A stretch of DNA of 64,000 nt from Chiloscyllium plagiosum (GCF_004010195.1 NC_057720.1:20649839-20713838), one strand, 5' to 3'. Positions 37,000-51,014 are shown, counted from the stretch's first letter. Program-made: numbers and translations. The notes: generated by a model from the letters alone, not told the origin.

Positions 37000-38140
37000 C
37001 ATTCCCTGAAACATAAAAATTCTAACACCATCTCAAATTGGAGACTGCTCGGGAAAATTAAAACTCATGTGGCAGGGGAACATGCGAGTTGGATGCAAAA
37101 TTGGCTATGTGATAGTAAGTAATTAAGGTTATGGCCAACAGGTGTTTTTGTAAATGGAAATCGATTTCCAGTGGTGTTCCACAGGGGTCAGTATTAGGTC
37201 CCTTGCATTTTTGCTTATTAATTTATCATTTAGACTTAAACATTTTAAGCATTATTTGGAAATTTGCATATGACAAAATTCATCATGTGGTTGATAAAGA
37301 AGTGGGTAGTTGTTGACTGCAGAATATCAATAGTTTGGTTTCATGGGTGAAAAAGTGACAATGGAATTTAATCTGGAGAAGTACAAGGTCATGCATTTGG
37401 AAAAGCAAATAAAGCAGAAGTGGGACGGTGTTCAGATCAGTAAGGGGGAGGGGGGAATGAGCCCTTGCAGTGTATGCCCACAGATCCCTTAAGGTAGCAG
37501 ATAGGTGATAAAAGATGCAATATGGGATGATTTCCTTCATTGAGTGAGGTATTGAATATAAAGCAGGGATACAATGCTGGAACTAAATAACACTATGGTT
37601 AGGCCACAACTGGAGTTGTGTGCAGTTTTGGTCACCATACTCAGGACGTATGTAACTGCTTACAGTACAGAACAGGGGAGATTCACAAGAGTGTTGTTAG
37701 GGGTTGAAACCTGCAACTATGAAGAAAGATTGGATAGACTGGGTTGTTTTTCTAAGAACAGAGGCGGCTAAGGAGTGAATTAAGTGAGGTGCACAAAATA
37801 ATAAAGGGCTTGGATACAGCAGACGGGTGAGTCATATTTCCTCTAGTGGAAAGGACAGGTCAATTACTCGGAGGCACAGGTTTAAGACGATTGGTTGAAG
37901 GATTGGAGAGAACAAGGATAAATCTTGTACAGAGAAGGTGGCGGGTTTCTAAAGTTCACTGTCTAGTTTGGTGATTGATGTGAAAACCCACAACTCATTC
38001 TTAACAAAAGCCTGGATCCACACTTGAAGCACTGTAACCTGCAAAGCTATGGACCAAGTGCTCTTAAGTAGGATTAGAATAAGTTTATTTAGATGAGACA
38101 CATACAGCCTGAACAATCTCTTTCTGTATCATAATTTTTC
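37000..38140 (+). mobile_element. Old CR1/L2 LINE 3' half
   Basis: SGVPQGSVLGPL, MVRPQLE, YEERLDRLG remnants. Confidence 0.75.
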
Positions 38141-38285
38141 TATAGTTCTATAATACATCAACTATAATACATAACTTGCATTTCAAGATATCTCAGTTAA
38201 GCTGACAAAGCTAAGTCAGAATTTTAGTTTCACGTGTTTTGCATGCACATAAATCACAACCCTGATCACAACATAGATTGATCAG

Positions 38286-38484
38286 AGTTAAAAATCACAC
38301 AACATCAGGTTATAGTCCAACAGGTTTAATTGGAAGCACTAGTTTTCAGAGCTCCGCTCCTTCATCAGGTGGTTGTGGAGGACGCAATTGTAAAACACAC
38401 AATTTATAGCAAATAACCTGGTATTGTGTGACTTTTAACTTTGTACACCCCAGTCCAACACCAGCGTCTCCAAATCATGACTAT
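38286..38484. mobile_element. Short fold-back PLE pseudo-LTR insertion, 9-bp TSD
   Basis: TSD attgatcag at 38277-38285 and 38485-38493; minus-strand CTGATGAAGGAGCggaGCTCTGAAA at ~38340-38368. Confidence 0.75.
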
Positions 38485-39376
38485 ATTGATCAGTTTTTTT
38501 TGCGGTCTGGATGTTAGGTGTGGACCATACATGCATCATTTTAGACAGGATTATACTTTAAAAATGAGACCGACATCTCCTACACAATAAAGCTGCAGAA
38601 TGGAATATAAATATATGCAAATCTCACAAAAATTAAATACTAATTAACAAAATCATCATTCTTCACCTTTCCCTGCCTGACAGCAAAGTTCCAATTTCAC
38701 TGAAGGATTTCACCATTCAGCAGTAATTATCACAGTGTACAAAGAGGAGTAATGTGCACAGCCCTCCTTGTGGGGGGGGGAAAAGAGGGTGCAGGTTGGG
38801 TAAGGAAGTTACCAACTGTTCATAAGGTCCAGATGTGTTGCACTCCAATGACCTGAACAGTTTAAAATTAGACTGAAATCAACAGTCAGCAAGTAGAGCA
38901 GAGAATGTAGCACCAGCAATTTCCTACTTGCTCATTTGAGTATGGAGTGGAGAAGTCTCTGGAGCCATCAGGATCCACAGCTCAGCAGCTTTTACACTTC
39001 CTGCATCATTTGCAAACATTCAGTTCTGATGAAGGGTCACTGGAACCAAAATGTTGACTGTTTCACAGATGCTGTCAGACCTGCTGAGTTTCTCCAGCAG
39101 TTTGTTTTAATTCACAAATCTAGTTTTGTCAATGAAGATTCCTACCAAACATCTAGTATCAACAGCATCATCCTTCAGTGGTTCTTATTGCAAAGAGTGG
39201 GAGAGCAGATGCTGGGATAAAGAGACATCTTGGTGTGAAAGTAAAAAGCAGTTACTGAGCAGGTATACAGAAAGTTTGTAACAAAGAAAGGTGTATGCAC
39301 CATGTTATTCAAAAGTGGGTTGCAGTCAGTTTTAACTGCAGCGTGTCATAAAACTAAAACACACTGGGTAACTTAC

Positions 39377-39523
39377 CTGACTGGCACCTTTGTTTGTTCC
39401 CATCTGGAGGCTTATGGTTGTTTGATCGTAAGGTTTTTCGGTATGAGTCTTCGGATCATAAAGGTGTCTTCTAGTCCCATAGGCAGTCATACCTGCTTGG
39501 CTAGCACACTTGTTGGTTCCCAT
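39377..39523 (-). CDS. CNN3: CNN3 coding exon (147 nt)
   Basis: ttttcag|[49 protein letters not shown]|gtaagt. Confidence 0.96.
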
Positions 39524-40169
39524 CTGAAAACAAGTAAGTTTGTTTAATGTTACAAAAAAAGAGAACATGTGCCTTAATACAAGAATGTCATCTACATCTC
39601 AGTTGAATTCAGACAACATTAATCTGATAGCAGGATTCCAAAGAACCATGTCTGGAATTTTGCTGAGCCTGATCCACTGGTCAGAAAACCAGTAGGGGGA
39701 ACTCACTGAATTTCCTCAGGGCAGAGTAACAGAAGAGAGTGAAAGTAGCCTGTCAGAATCAAGTGGACATGAATGGGCATCCATAAAATAAAGTCCATGC
39801 CATTGCCATTGTCACCTGCAAGAATGGTGGCAATGGATAGCAATGCATCTGTCAGGTGACCAGGCCATCACCTTGGATCCTCCAGTCAAATGGTGGCACG
39901 GAAGGGGGTGGCAAGGTAGGAATAATCAACAACCATATAGATCAAAACTGAGGAAACAGATCTGACATCAGTGCTTTTCAAAGATTTTCCCCCCATGTGC
40001 TCACGTTCAGACTTTAAAGAATGGGATATTTTTGTTTGGTGGTGGTGATGGAGATGGAGGTGGAGGAAGAGTGATGACAGTAGAAAGATATTTAACAGCC
40101 TTCCTTCTCACAGGCCTTTTTGCATCAGAAATAAGGCCTCAAAGTTTGATCAGTTAGGCTACGCCCATT

Positions 40170-41865
40170 ACTAAACGAGTACTGTGCATCAATATTCACT
40201 AAAGAGAAGGAATTGGTTGAAGATGATCTCAGTGAATGGAGTGTCAAGTTTCAAATCAAAATTTCTATTAAAAAGGAAAAGGTTTATGCATCTTAGAAGG
40301 TATTATGGTAGATAGGTCCCTGGGTCCCGACATAATCTGAAAATATGGAGGGAGGCAAGAGACCAAATTGCTGGAGCATTGACAAGACATCTTCGTATCC
40401 TCTTTGCCCACAGGTGAGGTCCCAGAAGACTGGAGGATAGCCAGTGTTATCCCATTGTTTAAGGAGGGTAGCAGGCTAATCCTGGAAGTTACATGCCTGA
40501 GAGTCTCACGTTGGTGGTAGGGCAATTATTAGCAAAGATTCTCAGGGAGAAGATCTACACACATTCAGAGCAAATGGACTTTAGCGATAGACAGCATGGC
40601 TGTGTGTGGGGGTGGTTGTGCCTCACTAACCTGAACGAGTTTTTTTTGAGGTGACAACAATTAATGAGGGGAAAAGCGGTTGATGTTATCTACATGGACT
40701 TCCGTAAAACCTTTGACAAGGTCCCTCATAGCAGACTGGTACAAAAGGTGAAGTCACATGGTATCAGTGATGAGCTGGCAAGATGCTTACAGAACTGGCT
40801 TAATCACAGGAGATAAGAGGATAGGGTGGAAGGATACTTTTCAGAATGGAGGGCTGTGATAGGTGGTGTCCCATGGGGATCAGTGCTGGGACCTCTGCTG
40901 TTCGTGATCTATATAAATGATTTTGAGGAAAATGTAGCTAGTCTAATTAGTAAGTTTCCAGACGATACAAAGATTGGTGGAGTTGCAGATAGTGAGGAGA
41001 ATGGTCACAGGATACAGCAGGATATAGATCAACTGGAGGCATGAGCAGTAAAATTGCAGATGGAGTTTAATGTAGACAAATGTGAGGTGATGCATTTTGG
41101 AAGGACAAGTACAAGTTGAAAAGTTTATACTGAATGGCAGAACCCTTAGGAGTGTTGATATGCAGAGGTGTGCAGGTCCACATGTCACTGAAGGTGGCAG
41201 TGCAGGTAGATAAGGTAATAAAAAAGACCTATGGCATTCTTGCCTTCATTGGAAGAGGCATTGAGTAGAAGGATAGACAAGTTATGATGCTGCTTTATAG
41301 AACTTCAGTTAGGCTACACTTGGAATATTGCATAAGGTTCTGGTCACCACACTACCAGAAGAATTTGGATGCTTTGGATAGGGTACGGAAAAGGTTTAAC
41401 AGGATGTTGCCTGGAATGGAAGATTTTAGCTATGAAGAAAGGTTGGATAGACTGGGTTTGTTTTCACTGGAACGGAGGTTGAGGGGCGACCTAGTAAAAG
41501 TTTACTAGATTGTGGGTGGCATGGATAGAGTGGAAAGTATGAGGCTCTCTCCCCAGGGTGGAGGAGTCAATTACTAACAGACACAGGTTCAAGGTGCGAG
41601 GGACAGGGGATGTTAACAAGAGATTTGCGAGGCAAATTGTTCACACGAAGGGTGGTAAGTGCCTGAAATGTGTTGCCAGAGGTGGTGTTGGAAGCTCACA
41701 ATAGCAGCATTCAAGAAACACCTGGACGAATATATGAAGAGGAAGGGAATAGCGGGGTACAGATCATGTAAGTGAAGACAGGTTTAGTACAGAAGGGCAA
41801 AATGGGGCGATGCAGGCTTGGATGGCTGAAGGGCCTGTTCTTTTGCTATATTGTTCTTTGTTTGT
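40170..41865 (+). mobile_element. CR1 LINE 3' half, decayed
   Basis: GVPWGSVLGPLLFVIYIND, SKFPDDTK, YEERLDRLGLFSLE; tail gaagggcctgtt. Confidence 0.85.
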
Positions 41866-42399
41866 TACTACAAACATACAAGGATTTTATAGGGCTTTGT
41901 AACTATTAACACTTGAGCAGAGCAATGCAGCCACAGTGGCTAGCTTTGAGCGCACCAGGGGTTAAAATATTTTTTATTCATCAAGGACCCCTCGAGATTT
42001 TCTTGTGGGCTACATTTTCATTCTCCCTAGCTCCTTTATTAGGTGATACAGTCACTTCTTTATATGTGCTAAGAGTATTTGAACTCACTCAGAAGCAGAA
42101 TTAGGAGAATTTAAAAAAAACATTACCACACAGTTAAAACTCAAAACCATACCAGTGCATTTAAATTGGCATATGATAAGAAGTACAAGTTAGCAACAAT
42201 TAAAAAAAAAGACAGCAATACACAAAATGCCATCTCTGTAAACATGCTAACTATGCACTGGGGAGGTTACAGGTGTACAATTGCATGTTTATTTCTAACA
42301 GTCACTGGACTCCCCCCTTGCTTGATCTCACCTTTTCCAATGAGCTCTGCCCCACTGGGAGAGAGAAATACCTTGCAAATGCAAATAATCAATGGTTAC

Positions 42400-42516
42400 C
42401 TGAAGTCCAATTACACTTTGTCCAGCTTTCAGTTTTTCCTCCTTGAAGTGCCTTTCCTGTTTATCTGCATATTTAACGCCAATGTCCATTCTTGTGTGAA
42501 AGCCTTTCGTTTTTGC
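42400..42516 (-). CDS. CNN3: CNN3 coding exon (117 nt); upstream CH-domain exons not found in this window
   Basis: ttttgagcag|AKTKGFHTRMDIGVKYADKQERHFKEEKLKAGQSVIGLQ|gtaacc. Confidence 0.95.
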
Positions 42517-42861
42517 CTGCTCAAAAGAAATCAAATATGGTGACATTAAATTCAAGCCTGAAGGTAACTGTCAATTCAAACAATGCTTCCTGCTGAACAG
42601 GATTTGAAAAGCAACTTACAAACATTAACAGCAAAGTTACACATGGAAATGAAGACTAAACAAAAGGAGGAATTAAGTCAAACAAATACAATTTTGCAAA
42701 GTAGTTGTTTGGCAGAACTGCTTCAGAATCTTCAGGTTAACTCCAGTAATGAATCAGTAATATTCCTGGTTTATAAATCAAAACTTATCTTAGTTCAATC
42801 AAAATTACACTTTAATCTCCCCCAGTGTTCTCTACCACCTTACTACATGTTCTCTAAATTT

Positions 42862-43177
42862 AAGATTAGATTAGATTACTTACAGTGTGGAAACAGGCCC
42901 TTCGGCCCAACAAGTCCACACCGACCCGCCGAAGCGCAACCCACCCAGACCCATTCCCCTACATTTACCCCTGCACCTAACACTACGGGCAATTTAGCAT
43001 GGCCAATTCACCTGACCTGCACATTTTTTGGACTGTGGGAGGAAACCGGAGCACCCGGAGAAAACCCACGCAGACACGGGGAGAATGTGCAAACTCCACA
43101 CAGTCAGTCGCCTGAGGCGGGAATTGAAACCGGGTCTCTGGCGCTGTGAGGCAACAGTGCTAACCACTGTGCCACCC
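42862..43177 (-). mobile_element. Young HE1/V-SINE-like SINE
   Basis: Highly similar to the 30763-31081 and 15343-15780 copies. Confidence 0.9.
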
Positions 43178-43480
43178 ACAACTAACAGAAATATTCTTTT
43201 TGCGAAACTACTTAGTTAAAAACCTAATAGCAACTTCCTTAGATAGACTTTGAAAGTAGAAATTTCAAACTTGCAGATAACACGGATTTATTTTAAACAA
43301 TTGTTGTTAATTGATGTTTAATTGCCTGCCTCATTTTAAGCAAATATTAGAACACAATTAGGTTTTCTTAGTCACCCAATTCCGCCTGCTTGTTATGATC
43401 CCAGCTGAAATTACTACTGGACAAGTCAGATCTCAGAATGAAATCTGGCTTGGTAGGTCATATCATATCTACTTGCTTGT

Positions 43481-43961
43481 TTAAAAACAATGACTGCAGA
43501 TGCTGGAAACCAGATTCTGGATTAGTGGTGCTGGAAGAGCACGGCAGTTCAGGCAGCATCTGAGGAGCAGTAAAATCGACGTTTCGGGCAAAAGCCCTTC
43601 ATCAGGAATAAAGGCAGTGAGCCTGAAGCGTGAAGAGATAAGCTAGGGGACACCCGCATCAATCAACCACATCGCCCCGTGGCCCAACATTTCAACTCCC
43701 CCTCCCACTCTGCCGAGGACATGGAGGTCCTGGGCCTCCTTCAAGTGGGAGGGGGAGTTGAAATGTTGGGCCACGGGGCGATGTGGTTGATTGATGCGGG
43801 TGTCCCAGAGATGTTCCCTAAAGCGCTCTGCTAGGAGGCGTCCAGTCTCCCCAATGTGGAGGAGACCGCATCGGGATGAAGGGCTTTTGCCCGAAACGTC
43901 GATTTTACTGCTCCATGGATGCTGCCTGAACTGCTGTGCTCTTCCAGCACCACTAATCCAG
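43481..43961. mobile_element. Rearranged PLE insertion with nested inverted repeats and 16-bp TSD
   Basis: TSD atatctacttgcttgt at 43465-43480 and 43962-43977; GIY-YIG piece CGLLHIGETGR...FREH; intact hammerhead core on - at 43578-43605. Confidence 0.85.
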
Positions 43962-46900
43962 ATATCTACTTGCTTGTCATTTAATATGGCAATCTTTCTC
44001 TGAAACGTGAACACGACCGCAAATTTGTTTTCAACAATAAAACAGAAGGTTGAAGACCAAGAAAAATAAAATTAAGATCAACTGAAGCCAAGCTAAATAA
44101 AGTTTAAAAGTTGTCTAAACATGGCAAGACAAAATCCTATCTATACCACAGTATCATCGCTGGACAGTTACTTAAAATCCACAGAAATTTTTCTTCCCTG
44201 TTCAATCTGTAGATTTGACCCAAATGCATTTCATTCCTGTCCTGTAAGCTGCAAAGTTTTTTTTCCCTGGAACTCTCAAACATGTAATAGCATAAGATTT
44301 GCTCAGGCTTTCAATAATCTGCAGAGTTCTAACCCAACACTCCTCACCAGGATGTTTCACAAACTACAATCTTACACAGAGGCAACTTATTCCCATAACT
44401 GTTATAAAGAATCTCATCTTTTAGGACAGACTATTCAACTTCAATCATCTGCTTCCAACTGAACCAATTTTTTGAATTAAATTTAAAACAAGTTGCTCAA
44501 CCTAAATTCTGTTGAAGCTAATAGATTAAATGTGTTTGCTCTCTTACCATAAACGTCAGGAGTCCTTGCTGCTCTCTCTGACATATACAGGGTTTCAGGT
44601 AATGGTTTCAGAAAGGCTGACCCCATTAAAAGACCATTACAAAAATAGCCAAACTAATTTAAAACCCAAACCCCTAAACATGTTACATAAAAATCTTAAA
44701 TCTTTCACCAGACCTTCCCAAAAGAGGAAAAATTTATATTTTGAGACAAAGTTTCATTTTCCAGCATGGGTTCAATTCCCAATCTGTCGGAGGTTACCAC
44801 GAAGGACGATTTCTCAATCTTTCCCCTCGCCTGAGGCATGGTGACCCTTGGGTCAAGCCATCACCAGCTGTTGGTCTCTAATGGACAACAGCCTATAGTC
44901 TGATAGGACTATGGAGAGTTACATCAAATGAATTTTATGGTAACCATATTTTTTACAAAAGTCCATTTGCATTCCATTTCCTTCATACTTGCTCTTGATA
45001 AAGTGTCCACTGTAACACTGATTTTTCCAGGTGCACGAGTGATTTTTTTAAGTTGTATGGCTGAATGACTAAGTTTCTTTGAAGCAACTTCAAATTTCTG
45101 CTTTCCAAAAAAAGGTTTTGGCCCAAATGGATGAGAACTTCTCCCGCATTGCTGGGAATGCATAGTTCACAAACATATAAATCAACACAAGACTGTCTCC
45201 TTCACAACCAAATATTTTGGTTGTCATGAAGTCAGTTTCTTAGAAAAACTGATATGTCGTTCGATTCCCATGTCATCATCTCGTAGTAAAATTACATCTG
45301 CACCATTATCGATGATATCAAGTCAATTTGAATATATATTTCATGTATATTCTAGCACTGCCAACCAATGGTCAGCATAGCGTTCAAGTTGCAAAAGATA
45401 CTGACATTCAAACTCCCTTTCACAAATTCAAAGGAGCCATGACAATGAAAAAGTTCAGAACAAACATTCAATAATACTTCACAAAATTTTAATCTTGTCC
45501 TAGGCACAATAAAATCCAAAATAGCCCCGACTTGCAATTCTTTTGGTGCTGCTTGGCTTTGTGTAACAGTCTGGCCCAAGTCATCTTTGCTCGTACAAAT
45601 TCACTCAGTCAGATCTTTAACCAAACGTGATCTTTGTAGCTGATCTAAATAGGTTTCCCCAGTTTGGCAACTGGTTGTATTCAGGCAATTGAAATCACGC
45701 AATTACTTTACTGTTTAATCATAAGGATGTTGCGAGCACATATTTTACCTCAAATTGCCTGACTTTTGCACTTTTGTTACAAAAGTTGACATCTCTTTGG
45801 TGCTCTCAATGGAACTTTGCCTGCGTCTTTTTAGCAACTTGGTTTTGGTGATGTATTGTGCACATAGAATTCTTTCAACATAGTCCTGCAATTATGAAAT
45901 TGTGATAAAAACAGCCTGTACTTTTTGTGTTTACTTTGCAATAATATCTTTCTGAATTTCTGCTGACTCATCGGTTTTTACACCATCAGAGATGAGATTT
46001 GCCAATGACTTAGTTGTATAATGGCATTGTTCACCATAAACTTGAGCAAATTTCTTTTGACTTGAATCTGTAAAATGCTGTTTTATAAGTACTCATTCTC
46101 AATTCTGATATTTTTATTTCACTTGCTTTCACTACCATCATAATATCTCTAACAGATTAAAATGACACACTTGCCAATTATTAGCTCTGCCCAGAATACT
46201 CACTACATAATTCACAATGAGTCTCTGATTTCATAAGGTTCAGTGAATTTTGCTTTTGAATAGCTCCCAGAGAAATGTGTTAGTAGTAACACCAGCAACA
46301 AAATTTCAAACTTTGTTCTTTTTATCTGCTCTAGATTTCATTGTTTACTGAGCACTTTTCAAACACTTCTCCATCAATTTTCATGCTTTGGACAATTTCT
46401 CCCAAACTCAAAAACACAGACTCTAAACATAGTCTCTAAGTTTTTGTTTTATCAATTTAAGTGGTCTCTTCATGTCCACATTAGTCCAAAAGGAATGAAT
46501 TTGGTAGACTTAAGAGCATGTCGAAGGGTGAACAGTAACAAGGGGATTTCTGTATCCCAATTGTTAGGGTATCAACAGCAATAAGCTCTAATCAACGCTG
46601 TCAAAGTTTGATGCAATTGTTTCCATGCAGGAGATTAAGATTGTGGGTAATGAGCAGATGATGCAAATTCTCATTCCTAAACTCGTCATCATTTCTTTAA
46701 TTAACGGTGCTGTAAAATCTGAACCATAATCTGATGCTTTCTTTTGGGTAATTCAGATCTTGCATAAAAAAAACTAACTTATCCACTGTGATTTTTGTAG
46801 CAACTTTTCCTAAAGGCACTGCTCCAGAAAGTTTTGTTGAAATGTTCAGAACCATTAAAAGATACTAATTCATATTCCTTGTTTTAGATAGGGATCCTAA

Positions 46901-47552
46901 ACAAGTTATAGGACTCTGCTAAATGGTTTCTTTGAAAGCTGGTGACAGAGTTAAAGATGTAGGTTTAATTGAAATTTCCCCATTGTTTGACATGGCATGG
47001 CAAGCAAAATCTGACCACAATTTTATGCAATCCTGACCAATAAGAATGTTTAATATTTAAGCATGTGTTTTCCTAAAATCTCACTAAACTCCACTGGAAT
47101 TTTGTGAGCCATTTTGAAGATTTTATAAAACTCAGATGGAACTTCCATCTGGTGGACCACTGCCTGGTAGACCCATGAGTTTCTCATCGACAGATGGATT
47201 AGGTGGTCTCTATCTCCTCATTAGTATTTGTCTTTCAAGTAATGCTTGGCTCTGACTCAAAAGAATTCCAAGTGGGTTGTCTGCTATAACTCAATTCAGG
47301 AAAGATTTGCTACATTTCTATTAAAGAAGATGGGTCAAACACATTAGTCTCACTTTTTACCTGCATCTTTTGAGTTAAATTCTCAAAAGTATCCAATAAC
47401 AAATTCCAAATCATTTTCTTGTCTCGGATTCCTTTTCTTCCTGTTTACATCAGTAAACAATCCAGGAGGTTCTTCCTGTAACACATCTTACCTCCACTGG
47501 TTGTTCCACTACTCTCCTGAGGCACATATGCTTTTGTTAAATTCATTTTTGT

Positions 47553-49190
47553 GGGATGTGGGGGGTCACTGGCTGGCTAGCATTTATTGCCCATCCCTAG
47601 TTGCTCTTGAGGTGGTGGTGTGCTGCTTTCTTTAACTGCTGCAGTCCACCTGCTGTGGGTTCACCCACAATGCTACTAAGGAGGGAATTCCAGGATTTTG
47701 ACCCAGTAACAGTGGACAGTGAAGGAATGCAGATATATTTCCAAACCAGGATGGTGAGTGGCTTGGAGAGGAACTGGATATCTGCTGCTCTTGTCTTTCT
47801 AGATGGAAGTGGTTATGGATTTGGAAGGTGCTGTCTGAGGATCTTTGGTGAATTTCCGCTGTGCATCTTCTAGATAGTGCACACTTCTGTTACTGAGCAT
47901 CGGTGGTGGAGGGAGTAGATGCTTGTGGATACAGTTCCAATAAATTCTACCACAGAACACACCAGATGGCCTCCTTCTTTAGAGACCGTAATTTCCCTTC
48001 CCACGTGGTTAAAGATGCCCTCCAACGCATCTCGTCCACATCCCGTACCTCCGCCCTCAGACCCCACCCCTCCAACTGTAACAAGGACAGAACGCCCCTG
48101 GTGCTCACCTTCCACCCTACCAACCTTCGCATAAACCAAATCATCCCTCTCCCCACCCCCACCCTCCCCTAGCTTATCTCTTCACGCTTCAGGCTCACTG
48201 CCTTTATTCCTGATGAAGGGCTTTTGCCCGAAACATCGATTTCAAAGCTCCTTGGATACTGCCTGAACTGCTGTGCTCTTCCAGCACCACTAATCCAGAA
48301 TCTGGTTTCCAGCATCTGCATTTATTGTTTTTATCTGGATGGCATCAGGCTGAGTGTTGTTGGGGCTGCACTAACCTAGGCAAGTGGGGAGCATTCCATC
48401 ATACTACTGACTTGTGCCTTGTAGATAGTGGACAGGTTTCGGGTGTCAGAAGTTGAGTTACTCACTGTAGCATTCCTAGCCTCTGACCTGCTTTTAAAGC
48501 CACTGCATTTATGTGGTGAATCTAGTTGAGTTTTTAATCAATGATAACTCTCAGGATGTTGATGGTGGGTGGATTCAGTGAAGGTAACGCCATTGAATGT
48601 CAAGGAGCAGTGATCAGATCGTCTCTTAGAACATAGAACATTGCAGCGCAGTACAGGCCCTTCAGTCCTCAATGTTGCGCCGACCTGTGTAAGCAATCTA
48701 AAGCCCATCTAACCTACACTATTCCATTTTCATCCATATGTTTATCCAATGATCATTTAAATGCCCTTAGTGTTCCACACCCCTACTACTCGAAGTAAAG
48801 AAACTACCTCTGACATCTGTCCTGTATCTATCACCCCTCAATTTAAAGACATGCCCCCTCATGCTAGCCATCACCATCTGAGGAAATGGCTCTCACTGTT
48901 GCGGATGAGTTGTAGGATGGTGCTCAGAGGAAGGCAGGTACTCTCACAATAAATTGGTGATGGTCAAAGCCTGGCATTTGTGTGCATGAATGTTACTTGC
49001 CACCTTTTAGCCCAAGTCCAGGTCTTGTTGCATTTGGACATGGACTGCTTCAGCATCTCAGGAACCATGAATGGTGCTGAACATTGTGCAATCAGCGATG
49101 AACATCCCCATTCTGACCTTATGATGAAAGGAAGGTCATTGATGAAGCGGCTGAAGATGGTTGGGCAGGACACTGCCCTGAGGAACTGCG
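47553..49190 (-). mobile_element. Non-LTR retrotransposon 3' part with nested PLE and CR1 fragments
   Basis: PTIFSRFINDLPFIIRSE and WAKRWQVTF remnants; 3' tail at ~47553-47600. Confidence 0.65.
47955..48335 (+). mobile_element. PLE fragment (RT-EN linker + 3' end with hammerhead motif at 48210)
   Basis: FFRDRNFP...DRTPLVLTFHPTNLRI; CTGATGAAGGGCTTTTGCCCGAAACATC. Confidence 0.78.
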
Positions 49191-51014
49191 GCTTGAACCT
49201 GCCCAAAATTTTCCAAAATCAAATCAATTCCATATACAGGAATTTATTTCACTACTCCAACTATAGCTTCTCCAGTTATTAACTCACACTTTATTCCAAA
49301 CCTGCATAATTGGACTAGTTTTTAAAATCTGCATATACCTCCAAATCAACATTTCTTCTCTCAGTAAACCCTCTAGAAGGCAAACATGATCATAATCCAG
49401 CAACAGTGACTGACTGGCACCAATGTGCATCAACTTAATGGGAGTAATAATTCTCTTTTTGCAATAAAATAGTCAGAACCTCCGGTGATGGGTTTCAATT
49501 TGAAAACTATTTTCCTAATATCGACACGACTGTCCAGAGTCATCCTTCTCTCAGAAATGTTGCCATAATTCCACAAAACCAAGGGTTGCTCTCTCAATAA
49601 AGAGACCAGGGGACTAGGGATGGACATGAGGGACAACACATCTCAGGTGAAAGGAGAGGTTGAGAAAGGAGAGTCTTTTAATGATAACCTCAGCTGATGC
49701 TGAGCCATAAAGACACTAGTGCACAGTTAGGCCATTCAGCCCATCAAGTCTGCTTTTCTATTCCCTCTGGACTTGCTTTCTTGCCGTAACCTTTGATCCC
49801 TTTATCAATCAAGAACCTGTCCATCTCGTCTTAAATGACCTGGCCTCCACAGCCTTCTGTGGCAATGAATTCCACGGATTCCATAATCTGCTGAAGAAAT
49901 TCCTCTTCATCTCAGTTCGAAAGAGTTGTATTTTTTAATCTGAGGCTGTGCCCTCAGGTCCTAGTCTATCCTACCAGTGGAAACATCTTCTCCACGTCCA
50001 CTCTATCCTGACCTCAGTATCCTGTTGTTCATGATTTCAATTGTCAGCCATGGTTGTCTTGCCCTCCCTTAGTTATACCTTGGGATAAATTTCTGCTGTG
50101 TCTCCCAAATTACTCCCAGAAACTCCTGCCATTGCTGTTCCACCATCTTCCCTGCTTAGTTCCCCTTCCAATCAACTCTGGTCAGCTCCCTCCTAATGTT
50201 TTTACTGTTACCCTTGACTCAACTGTAATACCATTATATCTGATTCAAGCTTCTCCCTCTCAAACTGCAGGGTGAATTCTATCACTTTATGGTCACTGCC
50301 CGCTTAGGGGTCCCTTCACCTTGAGCTGCCTCATCAAATTTGCCTCATTACACATCACAAAATCCAGAGTCGCCTGTTCCCTAGTGGGCTCCACCACAAG
50401 CTACTCAAAAAACAAACCAACCCGATTTTTTCCCCAGTCCACCTGCATTTTAACGTTCCCTATGATTATTATCATAGCGCCCTTCTTACATGTATTTGCT
50501 ATTTTCTGATTTCTTTCCTTCCCCGCATCCTAACTACTGATGGGGGACCTGTACACAACTCCCATTAGGGTTTTTTTCCCTCTGCAGTTCCTCAACTCTA
50601 CCCACACAGTCTACACCTTCCAAATTTATATCGTTTCTTGCTTTTAATTTCTTACTTCAACCCCACCACCTCTGCCTTAACTCTGCCAATCCTTTCGAGA
50701 GGACATGCATCCTTGGATATTTAGATCCCAGTCCTAATTTTAACAACTGAAACCAGTGAACCCACTGAATTTCTTCCATTTTTGCAAATTTGACAAATAT
50801 TTTATTAGATTTCTTTCAGAGTCCTAAATTTTTAATTTGATAAACTTCCAGTATAGCATTTTTAACAGTTTCATAATCACTGTTCTTCTGACAAAATTAC
50901 ACACACACATAAACATACAAAGTCATATCAGTACTTGTCAAAACACTACAGCATTAAAATCCAATCATTTTTTTGTGATCTCAGGTGTCCAGCTACTTTC
51001 TTAAATGAATCTTT

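Noticed and set aside
43390..44700. Paired LTR of the Gmr1-like element
   Set aside because: Starts with an LTR-like tgttatga but shows no clear similarity to 52644-53278, and no PBS or TSD was found.
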